A stretch of DNA of 64,000 nucleotides, from the NCBI GenBank assembly GCA_035652395.1, contig DASRDX010000013.1:3255-67254 (forward strand), written 5' to 3'. The position numbers and the translations under genes are program-made. Below the pieces are notes generated by a model that did not search any database, had not been told where the DNA came from, and worked only from the letters and a program-made list of their open reading frames with translations. This DNA comes from Minisyncoccota bacterium. GTDB lineage: Bacteria > Patescibacteriota > Minisyncoccia > Phycocordibacterales > CAJBRS01. Positions 33,292 to 43,889 of this stretch are shown here, piece after piece. Within the stretch, counting starts at the first letter, position 1. Every line of letters begins with the position of its first letter.

Positions 33292-36200
33292 ATGACTGTT
33301 GAAATGAGTAAATTCGCAAGCGATATAATGAAGCAAAAATACAGCCATCTTAATAAAGAAGGCGAGGTGGAAAATTGGCAAAACATTGCTTATCGAGTGA
33401 GCAAAAAAGTTTTACAAGCTGTTCGTGCGCCTCATAGCCAAATAGAGGCTACTAGGAAGATAATTGAAAACCGAAAGTTTATTCCCGGCGGCAGGTATTT
33501 GGCTAGTACTGGCAGACTCTTTCACCAAGTGAATAATTGCGGCGCAGGAGAAACTAGGGTAGTTACCAAAGAAGGAGTCAAGACCCTTAAAGAATTGTCA
33601 GGAACTAAACCTACTCTTATGACCACAAATGGGACATGGGTAGAGGCAGACGTGAAAAGTTTTGGAAAGCAGCCTTTACTTAGAGTGCGTATTCGCAGAG
33701 ACAAGTATGAAAAAGATTTGTACATGACCCCCGAACATTCTTGGAGAATAGCCAAGTATTATAGCAATGGTAGGTGTGCCCACAAGGTAGAAGTATTGAC
33801 AAAAGACCTGAAACCAGGAGATATGTTGTGGCAGGTTTTCGGATACGGAGCGAAAAGAACGCCGATTAGTATTGATGGAATTAGGCACGGCATTGTTTTC
33901 GGGAGTAGCGGTTCTGAAGTCGTGTTATGTGGAAAGAAGAACCTTGAGATTTTGAAGTTTTTCAAGGGTTATAAATTAAAAAAACACGAATCGGGAGTGA
34001 AAGTTTCGGGACTCCCAAAAACTTATAAGGATTTACCGTCTCTTCAAAATGATAGGTCATATCTTTTAGGCTGGCTGTGTGGATACTTTGCCGCAGACGG
34101 ATGCGTGTCTAAAGACGGGAAAATTGAATTAGCTTCTACAAATCTAAAAAATTTGGAGCGTGTTAGAGAAATTTGTTACGTTATCGGCATCGGCACTAAA
34201 AATATTAGGAAGCAGGTAAGAATTTCTAATCTAACTAAAAAGACATCTGTTATTTATTATTTACCATTTATACCTAGTACACTTTCAAAAAAATTCTTTT
34301 TAATTTCTAAGCACAGGGAAAATTTCAAAATTAAAAAGACCCCAATTTGGTCTGTTGTTTCAGTAAATAAAACCAACAGATTTGAAGAAGTGTTCTGTGC
34401 AATTGTTCCTGAAACTCACGAGTTTGTGCTAGAAGATAACATCCTTACGGGTAATTGTTTCTTGTTCAGGGCTGAAGATTCGCGCGAAGGTTGGGCGGAT
34501 TTAATGCACAAAATTACCTTAGCTCTAATGACAGGCGGAGGAATCGGAGTTGACTATTCCGATGTGCGGGAAGAAGGACGTATAATCAGAAAAACAGGCG
34601 GTAAGTCAACAGGCCCGTTGGCTCTTATGCAAATGGTCAATGAAGCTGGGCGATTTATTATGCAAGGCGGAAGCCGACGTTCGGCTATTTGGGCTGGACT
34701 TAATTGGAAACATCCCGACATACAGAAGTTTATAAGAATGAAAGATTGGTCAGAAGTTGTAAAGTTGGAAAAAACTAAAAATTTCAATTTTCCGGCTGTC
34801 TTGGATATGACCAATATATCAGTTCTTTTGGATGATGAGTTTTTTGAGGCTTACCATAATGAAAAACACGAACAACATGTTTTGGCAACGTCGGTATATT
34901 GGTCAGCAATCAGGCACATGCTTGAAACGGGCGAGCCTGGATTTTCAATTGACGTCGGAAAAAATTCCCGCGAAACGCTTCGTAACGCGCCAATATGCGG
35001 GGATGTTTGGGTTCTGACTTCCGAAGGATATAAAGAAGTAAAAGCCATAATAAATAAGCCAGTGACAATATGGACAGGAAAGCGGTGGGCGTTGAATGTC
35101 GTGTTTCAAAAAACAAAGTCCGATGCTCCCATTGTTAAAGTAAAAATGACTGGCGGGCGATATATTCGTTGCGATGAAAGCCATGAATTTCTAACGGGCA
35201 GCGAAGGATTTTTTAGGGTTCCTGCCAAGGACCTCAAACCCGGAGATGTTTTGTACACAGCCTTGAACTATCCCGAACAAAAAACTAAGTTTCATTTAGA
35301 TTCTTATATTTTGGGTTATATGTATGGAGACGGAACATTTAATAAAAATGGAACGGCAGAGATAACTTTTTGCACTGAAAAGTCCATAAAATGTGCTAAA
35401 CCCATGTCGCGGTCTAGTATTTTTTCGAGCATGAACCGCAACTCCAAAGGATATTTAAGAGCTTATTTTAAGAAAAGTGATTTTTGGTCGGGCAGAAACA
35501 AATCAACATTTCCAAAGGATGTGTACGCTTATGACCAACATAAGGCATTAAGTTTCGTGGCTGGTTTGTTTGATTCTGATGGAAATTATGAATCTAAACA
35601 GAATCGTATTCGATTAGCATCTAAGCACGAAAGTTTTTTGAGGGGCGTAGCTAGATTATTGGAACAATTTGGAATTTTTGCTGGAGTTACAAAAGCGGGC
35701 ATTTCTACTTTTGGCAAGTCTCAAGGCTATCAGCTTGTGGTAATGTCTGAGTACAATGATATGTTTTCTAAATTGATTCCCACAATTAGAGTAAGGCCGA
35801 GAAAACAGAAACAGAGCAACCGCCACTCTGTTATTAAAGTAGTGAGTGTCGAATCGGATGGAGTGGAGGATGTATATTGCGCCGATGTTCGTGTGGATGA
35901 ACACAGTTTTCAAGCCGAGGGTGTTATAATTTCCAATTGTACGGAGATTACTAGCTCTGACGATTCCGACGTTTGTAATTTAGGTTCAATTAACATGGCT
36001 AGAATTGAATCGCTAGAGGAAATGGAGCGTGTAGTTGAACTTGGTTCGGCATTTCTCTTGGCGGGAACTGTGTATTCCGACGTTCCATTTGCTGCTATAG
36101 ATAAAGTGCGCAGCAAGAATCGTCGTCTTGGCCTAGGACTTATGGGGCTGCACGAATGGCTCCTAAAGAAAGGAAAGAAGTACGGGCCGGATGAAGAATT

Positions 36201-36801
36201 AGCAAAATATTTGGAAATTTATGCGAAATCAGGAAAGATGGTAGCACCTTATGTCAAAAAATGGGAGCTAAGTCAGCCTGTAAAAACTAGAGCAATAGCG
36301 CCGAACGGGACGATAGGAATCATAGCTGAAACTACTACAGGCATCGAACCTATATTTTGTGCCGCCTATAAGCGACGATATTTGAAAGGGGATGTTTGGC
36401 ACTTTCAATATGTCGTTGACCCGACAGCCAAGAGGCTCTTAGATTCAGGAGTGCCGTTGGAATTGATTGAAGATGCTTACGACTTGGCTAAAGATGTCGA
36501 AAGAAGAGTGGCATTTCAAGCATGGGTTCAAGAGTATGTGGACCATAGTATCAGTAGTACAATTAATCTTCCAAAATGGGGTTCTGAACTAAACAATGAA
36601 AATAAAGTCAGGAATTTTGGTGACATGCTAATAAAATATCTTCCGAAATTAAGAGGAATAACAGTGTATCCCGACGGCTCAAGACCGGGACAACCGTTAA
36701 ATCCTGTTCCTTTGGCTGTTGCTTTGTCTCAAGAAGGACATGTATTCGAGGAATCTGGCAGTACAGTTTGCGACATAACAAAAGGAGGAGAATGCGGATG
36801 A
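33292..36801 (+). CDS. ribonucleotide reductase catalytic subunit (class II-like) interrupted by two inteins
   Basis: extein blocks GGGIGVDYS, catalytic Cys (NAPIC|...|TEI) and CNLGSINMA; 1169 aa is about 549 aa after intein removal. Confidence 0.75.
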   Translation: MTVEMSKFASDIMKQKYSHLNKEGEVENWQNIAYRVSKKVLQAVRAPHSQIEATRKIIENRKFIPGGRYLASTGRLFHQVNNCGAGETRVVTKEGVKTLKELSGTKPTLMTTNGTWVEADVKSFGKQPLLRVRIRRDKYEKDLYMTPEHSWRIAKYYSNGRCAHKVEVLTKDLKPGDMLWQVFGYGAKRTPISIDGIRHGIVFGSSGSEVVLCGKKNLEILKFFKGYKLKKHESGVKVSGLPKTYKDLPSLQNDRSYLLGWLCGYFAADGCVSKDGKIELASTNLKNLERVREICYVIGIGTKNIRKQVRISNLTKKTSVIYYLPFIPSTLSKKFFLISKHRENFKIKKTPIWSVVSVNKTNRFEEVFCAIVPETHEFVLEDNILTGNCFLFRAEDSREGWADLMHKITLALMTGGGIGVDYSDVREEGRIIRKTGGKSTGPLALMQMVNEAGRFIMQGGSRRSAIWAGLNWKHPDIQKFIRMKDWSEVVKLEKTKNFNFPAVLDMTNISVLLDDEFFEAYHNEKHEQHVLATSVYWSAIRHMLETGEPGFSIDVGKNSRETLRNAPICGDVWVLTSEGYKEVKAIINKPVTIWTGKRWALNVVFQKTKSDAPIVKVKMTGGRYIRCDESHEFLTGSEGFFRVPAKDLKPGDVLYTALNYPEQKTKFHLDSYILGYMYGDGTFNKNGTAEITFCTEKSIKCAKPMSRSSIFSSMNRNSKGYLRAYFKKSDFWSGRNKSTFPKDVYAYDQHKALSFVAGLFDSDGNYESKQNRIRLASKHESFLRGVARLLEQFGIFAGVTKAGISTFGKSQGYQLVVMSEYNDMFSKLIPTIRVRPRKQKQSNRHSVIKVVSVESDGVEDVYCADVRVDEHSFQAEGVIISNCTEITSSDDSDVCNLGSINMARIESLEEMERVVELGSAFLLAGTVYSDVPFAAIDKVRSKNRRLGLGLMGLHEWLLKKGKKYGPDEELAKYLEIYAKSGKMVAPYVKKWELSQPVKTRAIAPNGTIGIIAETTTGIEPIFCAAYKRRYLKGDVWHFQYVVDPTAKRLLDSGVPLELIEDAYDLAKDVERRVAFQAWVQEYVDHSISSTINLPKWGSELNNENKVRNFGDMLIKYLPKLRGITVYPDGSRPGQPLNPVPLAVALSQEGHVFEESGSTVCDITKGGECG
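33538..34455 (+). mobile_element. intein 1 (306 aa) with LAGLIDADG-type block
   Basis: begins with Cys after FHQVNN, ends ...ILTGN followed by Cys; internal LLGWLCGYFAADGCV. Confidence 0.6.
34996..35937 (+). mobile_element. intein 2 (314 aa) with two LAGLIDADG motifs, inserted at the catalytic cysteine
   Basis: begins with Cys after NAPI, ends ...VIISN followed by CTEI; motifs ILGYMYGDGTF and VAGLFDSDGNY. Confidence 0.65.
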
Positions 36802-37202
36802 ACATTAATGAGTATCAAAAATTAGCGGAAACAACCGAATCTAAGGATTTCGATAAGATTTCCGAACGGCTGACAGTGGATAACATACGTTTTCTTCACG
36901 CAATTTTGGGTTTGGCTAGCGAATTGGGGGAGCTAGCGGACCAATTGAAGAAACATATTTTCTACGGCAGGCCACTAGATAAAATCAATCTGTCGGAAGA
37001 AGCGGGGGACCTTGTGTGGTATTTGGCTCTTGTGTCCAATGTGCCCGGTATGCTATCATTGGAAGAAACACTAGAAAGAAATATAGCGAAGCTAAAGGCT
37101 AGATATGGAGAGAAATTCTCTGAATTTTATGCCGCGAACAGAAATTTAGATAGTGAAAGAAAAATTCTAGAAGGTGGCAATCGAGGAATCTGCGTAAGAT
37201 AG
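36798..37202 (+). CDS. MazG-like nucleotide pyrophosphohydrolase
   Basis: LGLASELGELADQLKK and EEAGDLVWYL motifs; RBS AGGAGGA. Confidence 0.75.
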   Translation: MNINEYQKLAETTESKDFDKISERLTVDNIRFLHAILGLASELGELADQLKKHIFYGRPLDKINLSEEAGDLVWYLALVSNVPGMLSLEETLERNIAKLKARYGEKFSEFYAANRNLDSERKILEGGNRGICVR

Positions 37203-37205
37203 AAA

Positions 37206-39446
37206 ATGTGCCTATATATTGACTTCGAGACTAAATCGGAAGCAGACTTAGAAGAAGTCGGCTTGCACAACTATGCCACACACAAAAGTACTAGTGTGTT
37301 AATGTTGGCATGGGCTGTCGGTGATGAAGAACCGAATATTTGGGAGCCTCCATCAGATATGCCCGAACGGCTCCGTTCCATGTTGTTAGACCCGAAAGTT
37401 GATATTGTGGCATATAATTCTTCGTTTGAACGGTATATTCTGAAGTATGTTCTTGGAATCGAGATTCCGATTTCTCGGTTCCAAGACCCCCAAGCCAGTG
37501 CTAGATATTTATCATTACCCGCGTCCTTGGAAGACGTGGGAATCGTTTTAAATCTACCAGCAGAACTTCAAAAAAATAAGCGCGGAGAAGCCTTGATTGA
37601 ACTATTCTCATATCCCAAAAAGAAAAAGAAAAGCGACGCGGTGTTTTTTTATGACAAAACAACTCATCCTAACGAATGGGAAGAATTTAAGAATTATGCC
37701 AAACAGGATATACGAGCGGAACGAGAGATAGCACGTCGAGAGTCTTTGTTGGGAGCCTATCCGCTACCTAAAAAAGAAAGAGAAGTGTGGATATTGGACC
37801 AAAAAATAAACGACCGAGGTATTCCCTTAGATTTGAATTTTGTGTCCAATGCTTTTTCCATAGCCGAAAAAGATAAACAGAAAAAAATCGAAGAACAAAA
37901 TAGATTAACTGGACTAGAGAACGCCAATTCGCCTATACAACTTCTTAAATGGGTGCAAAATCTTGGCTATCCTTTGAATAATCTCAGAAAATCTAACATA
38001 GAAATTATTCTTAAAAATAAACAGGAACGCGCTCCAAATTTACAGCCGTTAGCGGAAAAAGTGTTGCAGGCAAGAATGGAAGCGGGGAGCACAACCTATA
38101 AAAAACTGCAATCCATGATTAGAAATGTTTCATCGGATGGTGTTTTAAGAAATCAATTTGTCTATATGGGCAGTTCTAGATGCGGAAGATGGTCGGGAAA
38201 TTCTGTTCAGCTTCAAAATTTAGCTAGACCTGATTCGGTATTTGAGAACATAGACAACGTAAATAAAGCCAGAAAATATATTTACGACAACGACTATGAG
38301 TCTCTTCTAAAGGAGTTTCCGTCGCATACGCCCCTTCTAGTGATAAAAAATCTTATTAGAACGGTATTTTCTGCTCCCGACGGATACAGATTTAATGTAT
38401 GCGACCTTAATGCTATTGAAACTAGAGTGGCTGCATGGGTGTCTCAATGTTCGCCTCTTTTGAAAGTTTTTGAAGATAAAAGAGACCCGTATATAGATTT
38501 CGCAAGTAAAATTTTTAACGTGACATATGATAGTATTTGGCATGATTTGAAGATTCTTCCAAAAACACCTGAAGGACAAACATCCGACGGAAAGGCTAGA
38601 ACCGCTAAGGCAAAACAAATGCGGCAAATTGCCAAGCCAGGCGTATTGGGTGCCGTATATCGTTTGAGCGGAGGGGATTGGGGAGAAGATAAAAATGGCG
38701 ACGTGATTAAGATGGGACTTTGGGGATACGCCGAAAATATGGGCGTTGATATGACCAAAGAGCAGGCCCAACAAGTCGTGAAAGTGTTTAGGGAAGCCTA
38801 TAAGGAAATAGGCGGCCAACCCGACCTTAACATTGGCTTTTCTGGCGGCATATGGTACTTGCTAGAAAACGCGGTTCGGGACGTTCTAAAAGGAAGTAGG
38901 ACAGTTCGTAAACTTGGACCCGATGACTGTATTGTAATTGATAAACTAACCATAAAAAACCGAAATCCTATTCTTAGAATTAAACTTCCTTCGGGTAGAT
39001 ACTTACATTATTTTGACTCGTCTTTGCAAGAAGTTAAAATGCCGTGGAAAAAGAAAAAAGAAATCGCGGTTGAGTTTGATGAAAGTGGCGAAGGAACAAA
39101 ATTTGAAATTAAAGATGTGGATGTATATAAATTAGGGTTTACCTATTACGGAAAAAATCAGCAAACAGGACAATGGGGTTTAATAATCAGTCACGGAGGG
39201 AAGATTTTTGAAAATATTGTACAAGCTATCGCAAGGGACGTTTTGGCCGAGAAGCTGCTAGAACTCGACGCTAAGGGGTTAAATATAATCGGTCATGTAC
39301 ATGACGAAGGCATTAGCTTAACTTCTGCCGACCCATTTTCTCCGGGGGCCGCCGAAATGGAAAAAATAATGAGTCGTCCTGTATCTTGGGCACTAAGTCT
39401 GCCGTTAGGCGCTGAAGGTTTTGAAGATACATTTTATCACAAATAA
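37206..39446 (+). CDS. family A DNA polymerase
   Basis: exo-like DFETKS, motif A CDLNAIETRVAAW, motif B RQIAKPGVLGAVYRLSG, motif C HVHDE. Confidence 0.85.
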   Translation: MCLYIDFETKSEADLEEVGLHNYATHKSTSVLMLAWAVGDEEPNIWEPPSDMPERLRSMLLDPKVDIVAYNSSFERYILKYVLGIEIPISRFQDPQASARYLSLPASLEDVGIVLNLPAELQKNKRGEALIELFSYPKKKKKSDAVFFYDKTTHPNEWEEFKNYAKQDIRAEREIARRESLLGAYPLPKKEREVWILDQKINDRGIPLDLNFVSNAFSIAEKDKQKKIEEQNRLTGLENANSPIQLLKWVQNLGYPLNNLRKSNIEIILKNKQERAPNLQPLAEKVLQARMEAGSTTYKKLQSMIRNVSSDGVLRNQFVYMGSSRCGRWSGNSVQLQNLARPDSVFENIDNVNKARKYIYDNDYESLLKEFPSHTPLLVIKNLIRTVFSAPDGYRFNVCDLNAIETRVAAWVSQCSPLLKVFEDKRDPYIDFASKIFNVTYDSIWHDLKILPKTPEGQTSDGKARTAKAKQMRQIAKPGVLGAVYRLSGGDWGEDKNGDVIKMGLWGYAENMGVDMTKEQAQQVVKVFREAYKEIGGQPDLNIGFSGGIWYLLENAVRDVLKGSRTVRKLGPDDCIVIDKLTIKNRNPILRIKLPSGRYLHYFDSSLQEVKMPWKKKKEIAVEFDESGEGTKFEIKDVDVYKLGFTYYGKNQQTGQWGLIISHGGKIFENIVQAIARDVLAEKLLELDAKGLNIIGHVHDEGISLTSADPFSPGAAEMEKIMSRPVSWALSLPLGAEGFEDTFYHK

Positions 39447-39498
39447 AATCTTGACAATAATATTAACATTATGATATTATTATGTTTTGAGGAGCGTT

Positions 39499-40470
39499 AT
39501 GCTAGACAGTCCTGAGTTTATTCCCATATATAACCTTGATGCTTTGAGTGAACAGCAAAGACAAGATTATATAAAAGCAGTTTGTAATTACATCGGCGTG
39601 CCGCCAGAACTTAATTTAGTTATGTTGGCGTATATTGATGAGGGCGACGGCCCCAAGCGTCTAGTCGCTTATGCTAAAAGAGGCGCAACCGAAATTATAC
39701 GGAACAGCAGAGGTATTAACATCATAAATCTTACGCATGATGTGGTGGGCGGCTCTATCGTGTTTACCGCCACGGCAAAAGACAGCAACGGACGCCAAGA
39801 AATATCCACTGGGGCGAAATGGATTAAAGACCTCAGCGGAAAAGCCCTAGACGATGCGATTATGACGGCACAAACAAGGGCATGCCGCAGAGTAACTTTG
39901 CAGTTTGTTGGCGCTGGAATTTTGGATGAGTCCGAAATTAATCCTAGTATATCAGTATCATCAATCGAGACTAAATTCGGTGAAATGTCAAATTTTTCTC
40001 AACCCACTTTAGCCCCTAATTCCGAACCAGCAAAAGCAACGCGACACGATGATTCGGAATTTGAAAGAAAAACGGAAAGCAAAAAACGCGGACGTAAGCC
40101 TCGGATAGTGGATATGGAGTCGTCTTCTGTTTCGTCTCCTGTTCCGCCAATTCCGCCTCCGTCCGTTCCGCCTCCGTCCGTTCCGAAATCTAATCTTAAA
40201 TTATCTGTAGAACAAGTTAAGCCTTTCCGGCAACGTTTATTTAGGATTATAAATGATTATTTGGAGCCAAACGGATTTTTGCCTAAGCTTGGGATGGGCA
40301 ATTCGGATAAAATGAGATTATTTGCATCTTCTATGTTTCCTGAAGTAGAAAATTTATCGGAATTAACAGCCGAACAATGGGAAAGTTTTTTGTCGGCGCT
40401 AGAAAATAAAATTAAAAGTGAGGGAACTGAATCTACAATCAAATACATAGAGAGTGTGGTCGGGCTATGA
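39499..40470 (+). CDS. hypothetical protein with Pro-rich linker, possible single-strand annealing protein
   Basis: start at MLDSPEF (RBS GAGGAGCG); no diagnostic motif; PPIPPPSVPPPSVP linker. Confidence 0.35.
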   Translation: MLDSPEFIPIYNLDALSEQQRQDYIKAVCNYIGVPPELNLVMLAYIDEGDGPKRLVAYAKRGATEIIRNSRGINIINLTHDVVGGSIVFTATAKDSNGRQEISTGAKWIKDLSGKALDDAIMTAQTRACRRVTLQFVGAGILDESEINPSISVSSIETKFGEMSNFSQPTLAPNSEPAKATRHDDSEFERKTESKKRGRKPRIVDMESSSVSSPVPPIPPPSVPPPSVPKSNLKLSVEQVKPFRQRLFRIINDYLEPNGFLPKLGMGNSDKMRLFASSMFPEVENLSELTAEQWESFLSALENKIKSEGTESTIKYIESVVGL

Positions 40471-42077
40471 AATTAAACGTCCAACAACAAGCCGTTGTAG
40501 AAGCGATAGACGGAGTTTGGGTTGTCATAGCAGGCCCTGGCTCAGGAAAAACTCATTGCTTAGTTGAGCGGCACCTAAATATGTTGTCAAAGGGAATATC
40601 TCATAAAGATATTCTTAATCTTTCTTTCACTAATGCGGCAGCCACGGAAATGGTAAACCGTGTAGGACTTGTGAACGCGGAACAGATTTTTCGCACATTT
40701 CATAGTTATGCGTTGGATTTAATGAAGCGTGAAAGAAGATTCGTTCCATTCCAAATGACAGATGAAATAATTCCCGTCAGAGGAGAAGATTATCAACTGC
40801 TTTTCGAGTTAGTGGATATTTATAAATCAAGAGGAGTAACTAATTTTAGAACTCTGCAAACAGCCATATCTTCATGGAAAAGAGACGGAATAGAGCCTGA
40901 ACAAGCTCTGCGAGAAGCCGTAGGACGTGAGTATTATTTGGCGTTGGCTTACGAAGAGTATGAAAAAAAGTGTCGAGAACGCGGTTGGTTGGATTTCGAT
41001 TCTTTGATTAGAGAAGCGGTTCGCCTTTTGGAAACGAATGAAGAGGTGCGAAATCGAAATAAAAAGAAGTATATTTCCGTGGATGAATGTCAAGATACGG
41101 ATGTGCTTCAGTTTCGGCTCTTGCAACTATTATTTAATGGCAACATTCTTGTAGTAGGAGACGAAAATCAATGCATCTACGAATGGCGTTCGGCCCAATC
41201 AGGAAATTTAAGCAACTTTGCAAGGCTTTTTCCTGGAGCCAAAACGTTGTACCTAGGAAAAAATTATAGAAGCACAAAGAGACTTGTAGAGTTTTTTAAG
41301 TTCATTCTTCCGGTTGATAACGGTATCGCGTCTCATATGATAACCGAAAACGATGAAGGCAAAGACCCAATTCTTATACAATATCCTGATACCGACATAG
41401 AAATAAGAAGAGTATTGGATAAGGCAGTAGAGGACCCTGAAAATTCGGTAATCATAGCTCGAACTAACAGACAGCTTTTTGACGTTCAAAGAATAGCTGC
41501 CGCTAGAAACATAAAATATAAGAATCTAGGCAAAAAAGATTTTTGGGAGCAGAACGAAGTTAAAGTTTTATTGAATTTGGCTAAGACGGTGAACCAACAA
41601 CAAGACGCAAGTTCTGCTTTGAGACAAATTATTGCCGATAACAATTTGTATTACCGATATAGAGATACGGGCGATTTAATGAATAGCGACCCCATAGAAA
41701 ATCTTAATAACGTGGTAAAATTAGCGGCTCAGAAAAACATGAATGTGACCGAATTTCTTAATTACATACGAAAGTTAACGTATGGAAGAAAGAGCCGAAA
41801 AGAAAAAGATTTAACTTTGGCCACCGTCCATCAAGCTAAGGGACGGGAATGGGATAATGTTTTCATTATCGGAGCGGAACAGGGTATAATGCCCCATAAA
41901 AACGGAGAATTGCCCGAAGAAAAACGAATTTTCTTCGTTGCTTGTAGTCGCGCCGCCAAGCATTTGCATATAAGTTGGAGCGGAAGTAAAAGCATGTTTT
42001 TGGAAGATGTGCCGTTCAAATTTTATGAGCCCGAAGAAGATTCGGTAGAGAGGAGTAATGCCTTATTTATACATTAA
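40467..42077 (+). CDS. UvrD/PcrA/Rep-family SF1 DNA helicase
   Basis: motif I AGPGSGKT, motif II VDECQDT, motif VI TVHQAKGREWD. Confidence 0.85.
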   Translation: MKLNVQQQAVVEAIDGVWVVIAGPGSGKTHCLVERHLNMLSKGISHKDILNLSFTNAAATEMVNRVGLVNAEQIFRTFHSYALDLMKRERRFVPFQMTDEIIPVRGEDYQLLFELVDIYKSRGVTNFRTLQTAISSWKRDGIEPEQALREAVGREYYLALAYEEYEKKCRERGWLDFDSLIREAVRLLETNEEVRNRNKKKYISVDECQDTDVLQFRLLQLLFNGNILVVGDENQCIYEWRSAQSGNLSNFARLFPGAKTLYLGKNYRSTKRLVEFFKFILPVDNGIASHMITENDEGKDPILIQYPDTDIEIRRVLDKAVEDPENSVIIARTNRQLFDVQRIAAARNIKYKNLGKKDFWEQNEVKVLLNLAKTVNQQQDASSALRQIIADNNLYYRYRDTGDLMNSDPIENLNNVVKLAAQKNMNVTEFLNYIRKLTYGRKSRKEKDLTLATVHQAKGREWDNVFIIGAEQGIMPHKNGELPEEKRIFFVACSRAAKHLHISWSGSKSMFLEDVPFKFYEPEEDSVERSNALFIH

Positions 42078-43194
42078 TTCAAAAGGTGTACCTTGGAAAA
42101 AACACAGTTATTCGGCGGGGAACGATTTCGACCAATGCCCCTACAAATATTATTTACGCCGAGTTTTAGGATGGAAGGAAAAAGATAATAAGGCTAGATT
42201 TTTATTTGGCCGAGCGTTAGAAGAAAGTATTGAATTTTATCATAGCCATAATGGAGAAGGCGCGGTTCAAGATTTTTCTCGACGTTGGGCTGAATATAAA
42301 GATGCCCAAAATATAGCCTACACTGATGTTGAAAAAAATTGGGAGACTTGCCTGAAAATTGGAACGGATATGATTAGGTTGTACTCAGCCGTTCAACCAA
42401 AACTTCCGATACCGATAGGGGCAAATTCTATTTTCCAACGTGAATATGCAAAAGAAGTCTTTCCAGGAGACCCGAATTACGGAGAAATTGAAGATGCGGG
42501 CAAAGTTGATATAGTATGCTATACCGACCCGAAACATCCCGCTCTTATTGATAATGGGTGCCAAGCCGCCGTCAGGCCGCTTATTGTTGACATTAAAACA
42601 AGCGCAGTAGATTTTCCCGAGCAGCAAGGAATCGCCGCCTTCGACTCTCAACTTAGAAGGTATTCTTGGCTAACAGGCATTCGGGATGTGGCGTTCCTTT
42701 GGTTCAAGAAATCGCCATTGGGGATAAAACGAGGAAGTAATGTTACACTTTTAGAATCTTTCGGAAATTTGGAAGTCGGAAAAGAATACATCACAGCTAA
42801 AATTGATGACGATTTCGTTTGGCTAGTTATGGCGGATTTCCTAATCAGGGAAACGGATAAAGTTAAAGCCGACGAACAGCAGGCTTGGCTAGAAAAAAAT
42901 GCCGTTCGTGTTCCCAAATCTTCCGTGACCAAACAACGGCTGCAATTTAATTCGGGAATTGTTACAGAGCAATCCGCTGAAGATGCGGGCCGAAACGCGG
43001 CTCGACAGATTGTTCAAATTGTAAACTGTTGGAAAACTGGAAATTGGCCACAAACTTTTGGAATTAGATACCCACGAAACGATAGAGATGACGCATATTT
43101 TAGAGCGTTCGTGCTTGGGGACGAAGTTTTCAAACAGCATAATTTCGTCAAATTAGATGAACAATCATTTGACGAACTGTTTCAAGAGGATTAG
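42058..43194 (+). CDS. PD-(D/E)XK family nuclease (RecB/Cas4-like)
   Basis: GKVDIVCYT...IVDIKTS core; co-oriented and overlapping with the UvrD helicase gene. Confidence 0.55.
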   Translation: MPYLYINSKGVPWKKHSYSAGNDFDQCPYKYYLRRVLGWKEKDNKARFLFGRALEESIEFYHSHNGEGAVQDFSRRWAEYKDAQNIAYTDVEKNWETCLKIGTDMIRLYSAVQPKLPIPIGANSIFQREYAKEVFPGDPNYGEIEDAGKVDIVCYTDPKHPALIDNGCQAAVRPLIVDIKTSAVDFPEQQGIAAFDSQLRRYSWLTGIRDVAFLWFKKSPLGIKRGSNVTLLESFGNLEVGKEYITAKIDDDFVWLVMADFLIRETDKVKADEQQAWLEKNAVRVPKSSVTKQRLQFNSGIVTEQSAEDAGRNAARQIVQIVNCWKTGNWPQTFGIRYPRNDRDDAYFRAFVLGDEVFKQHNFVKLDEQSFDELFQED

Positions 43195-43459
43195 CAATAA
43201 AATGAAAATGAACACTTTTGTAGTATTCCCTACAGGCGAAAAATTATCAGGGAACGCTCCACATAGTTCTGTATTGGGGGAGACCGTTTTTGGGCCGCGG
43301 TGCGCCGAAGATGAGCTTATAGAATCCATTGACGAAGAAATTATAATCAAAAAATTTCTTGAGTTTTTGGTTAATTGTGGGTATGATTGGGAATCTTTTC
43401 AATTTCTTTCTAAGACAGAACAAAATAAATTAAAAACGGAGTTTTTTAGAGATGTCTAA
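43157..43459 (+). CDS. hypothetical protein
   Basis: 100-aa ORF. Confidence 0.35.
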   Translation: MNNHLTNCFKRISNKMKMNTFVVFPTGEKLSGNAPHSSVLGETVFGPRCAEDELIESIDEEIIIKKFLEFLVNCGYDWESFQFLSKTEQNKLKTEFFRDV

Positions 43460-43835
43460 AGAAAGAGAGGCTCTTTCTAAACTTAGAACGTCTTTAGATG
43501 GCGCAGACTCATTCGTAAATGGCGGCCACAGCATTATTAATGTAGGAGGGGCCACGAAACATGCAGAAAGAATGATGAAGGTGCCGACTTGGGTATTAAG
43601 CGATACAAAAGTGAAAGAGTTAATACAGAAACGATTTCCTAGATTAAATACTAATCGTCGTGAGCATAAAGCGGCCCGTAAAACTGTTTGCGTCATTTAC
43701 TTATATTATCGAGTAGGACTGACCGCTGCCGCCACAGCCGAAGTAATGGGGATGTCAAGAAAAGCAGTAAAGAGGATATTAGAAAGACTAAATGGGTGGA
43801 TAAAAAGTAACAAAACTACACGGTCCGCCTATTGA
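43452..43835 (+). CDS. sigma-70 region-4-like / HTH transcription regulator
   Basis: C-terminal HTH TAAATAEVMGMSRKAVKRILERL. Confidence 0.5.
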   Translation: MSKEREALSKLRTSLDGADSFVNGGHSIINVGGATKHAERMMKVPTWVLSDTKVKELIQKRFPRLNTNRREHKAARKTVCVIYLYYRVGLTAAATAEVMGMSRKAVKRILERLNGWIKSNKTTRSAY

Positions 43836-43889
43836 AGATTTAATTTTTGGGGCGCGAAATTTACGTCCAAAGGAGCTATTTGGGGATAA

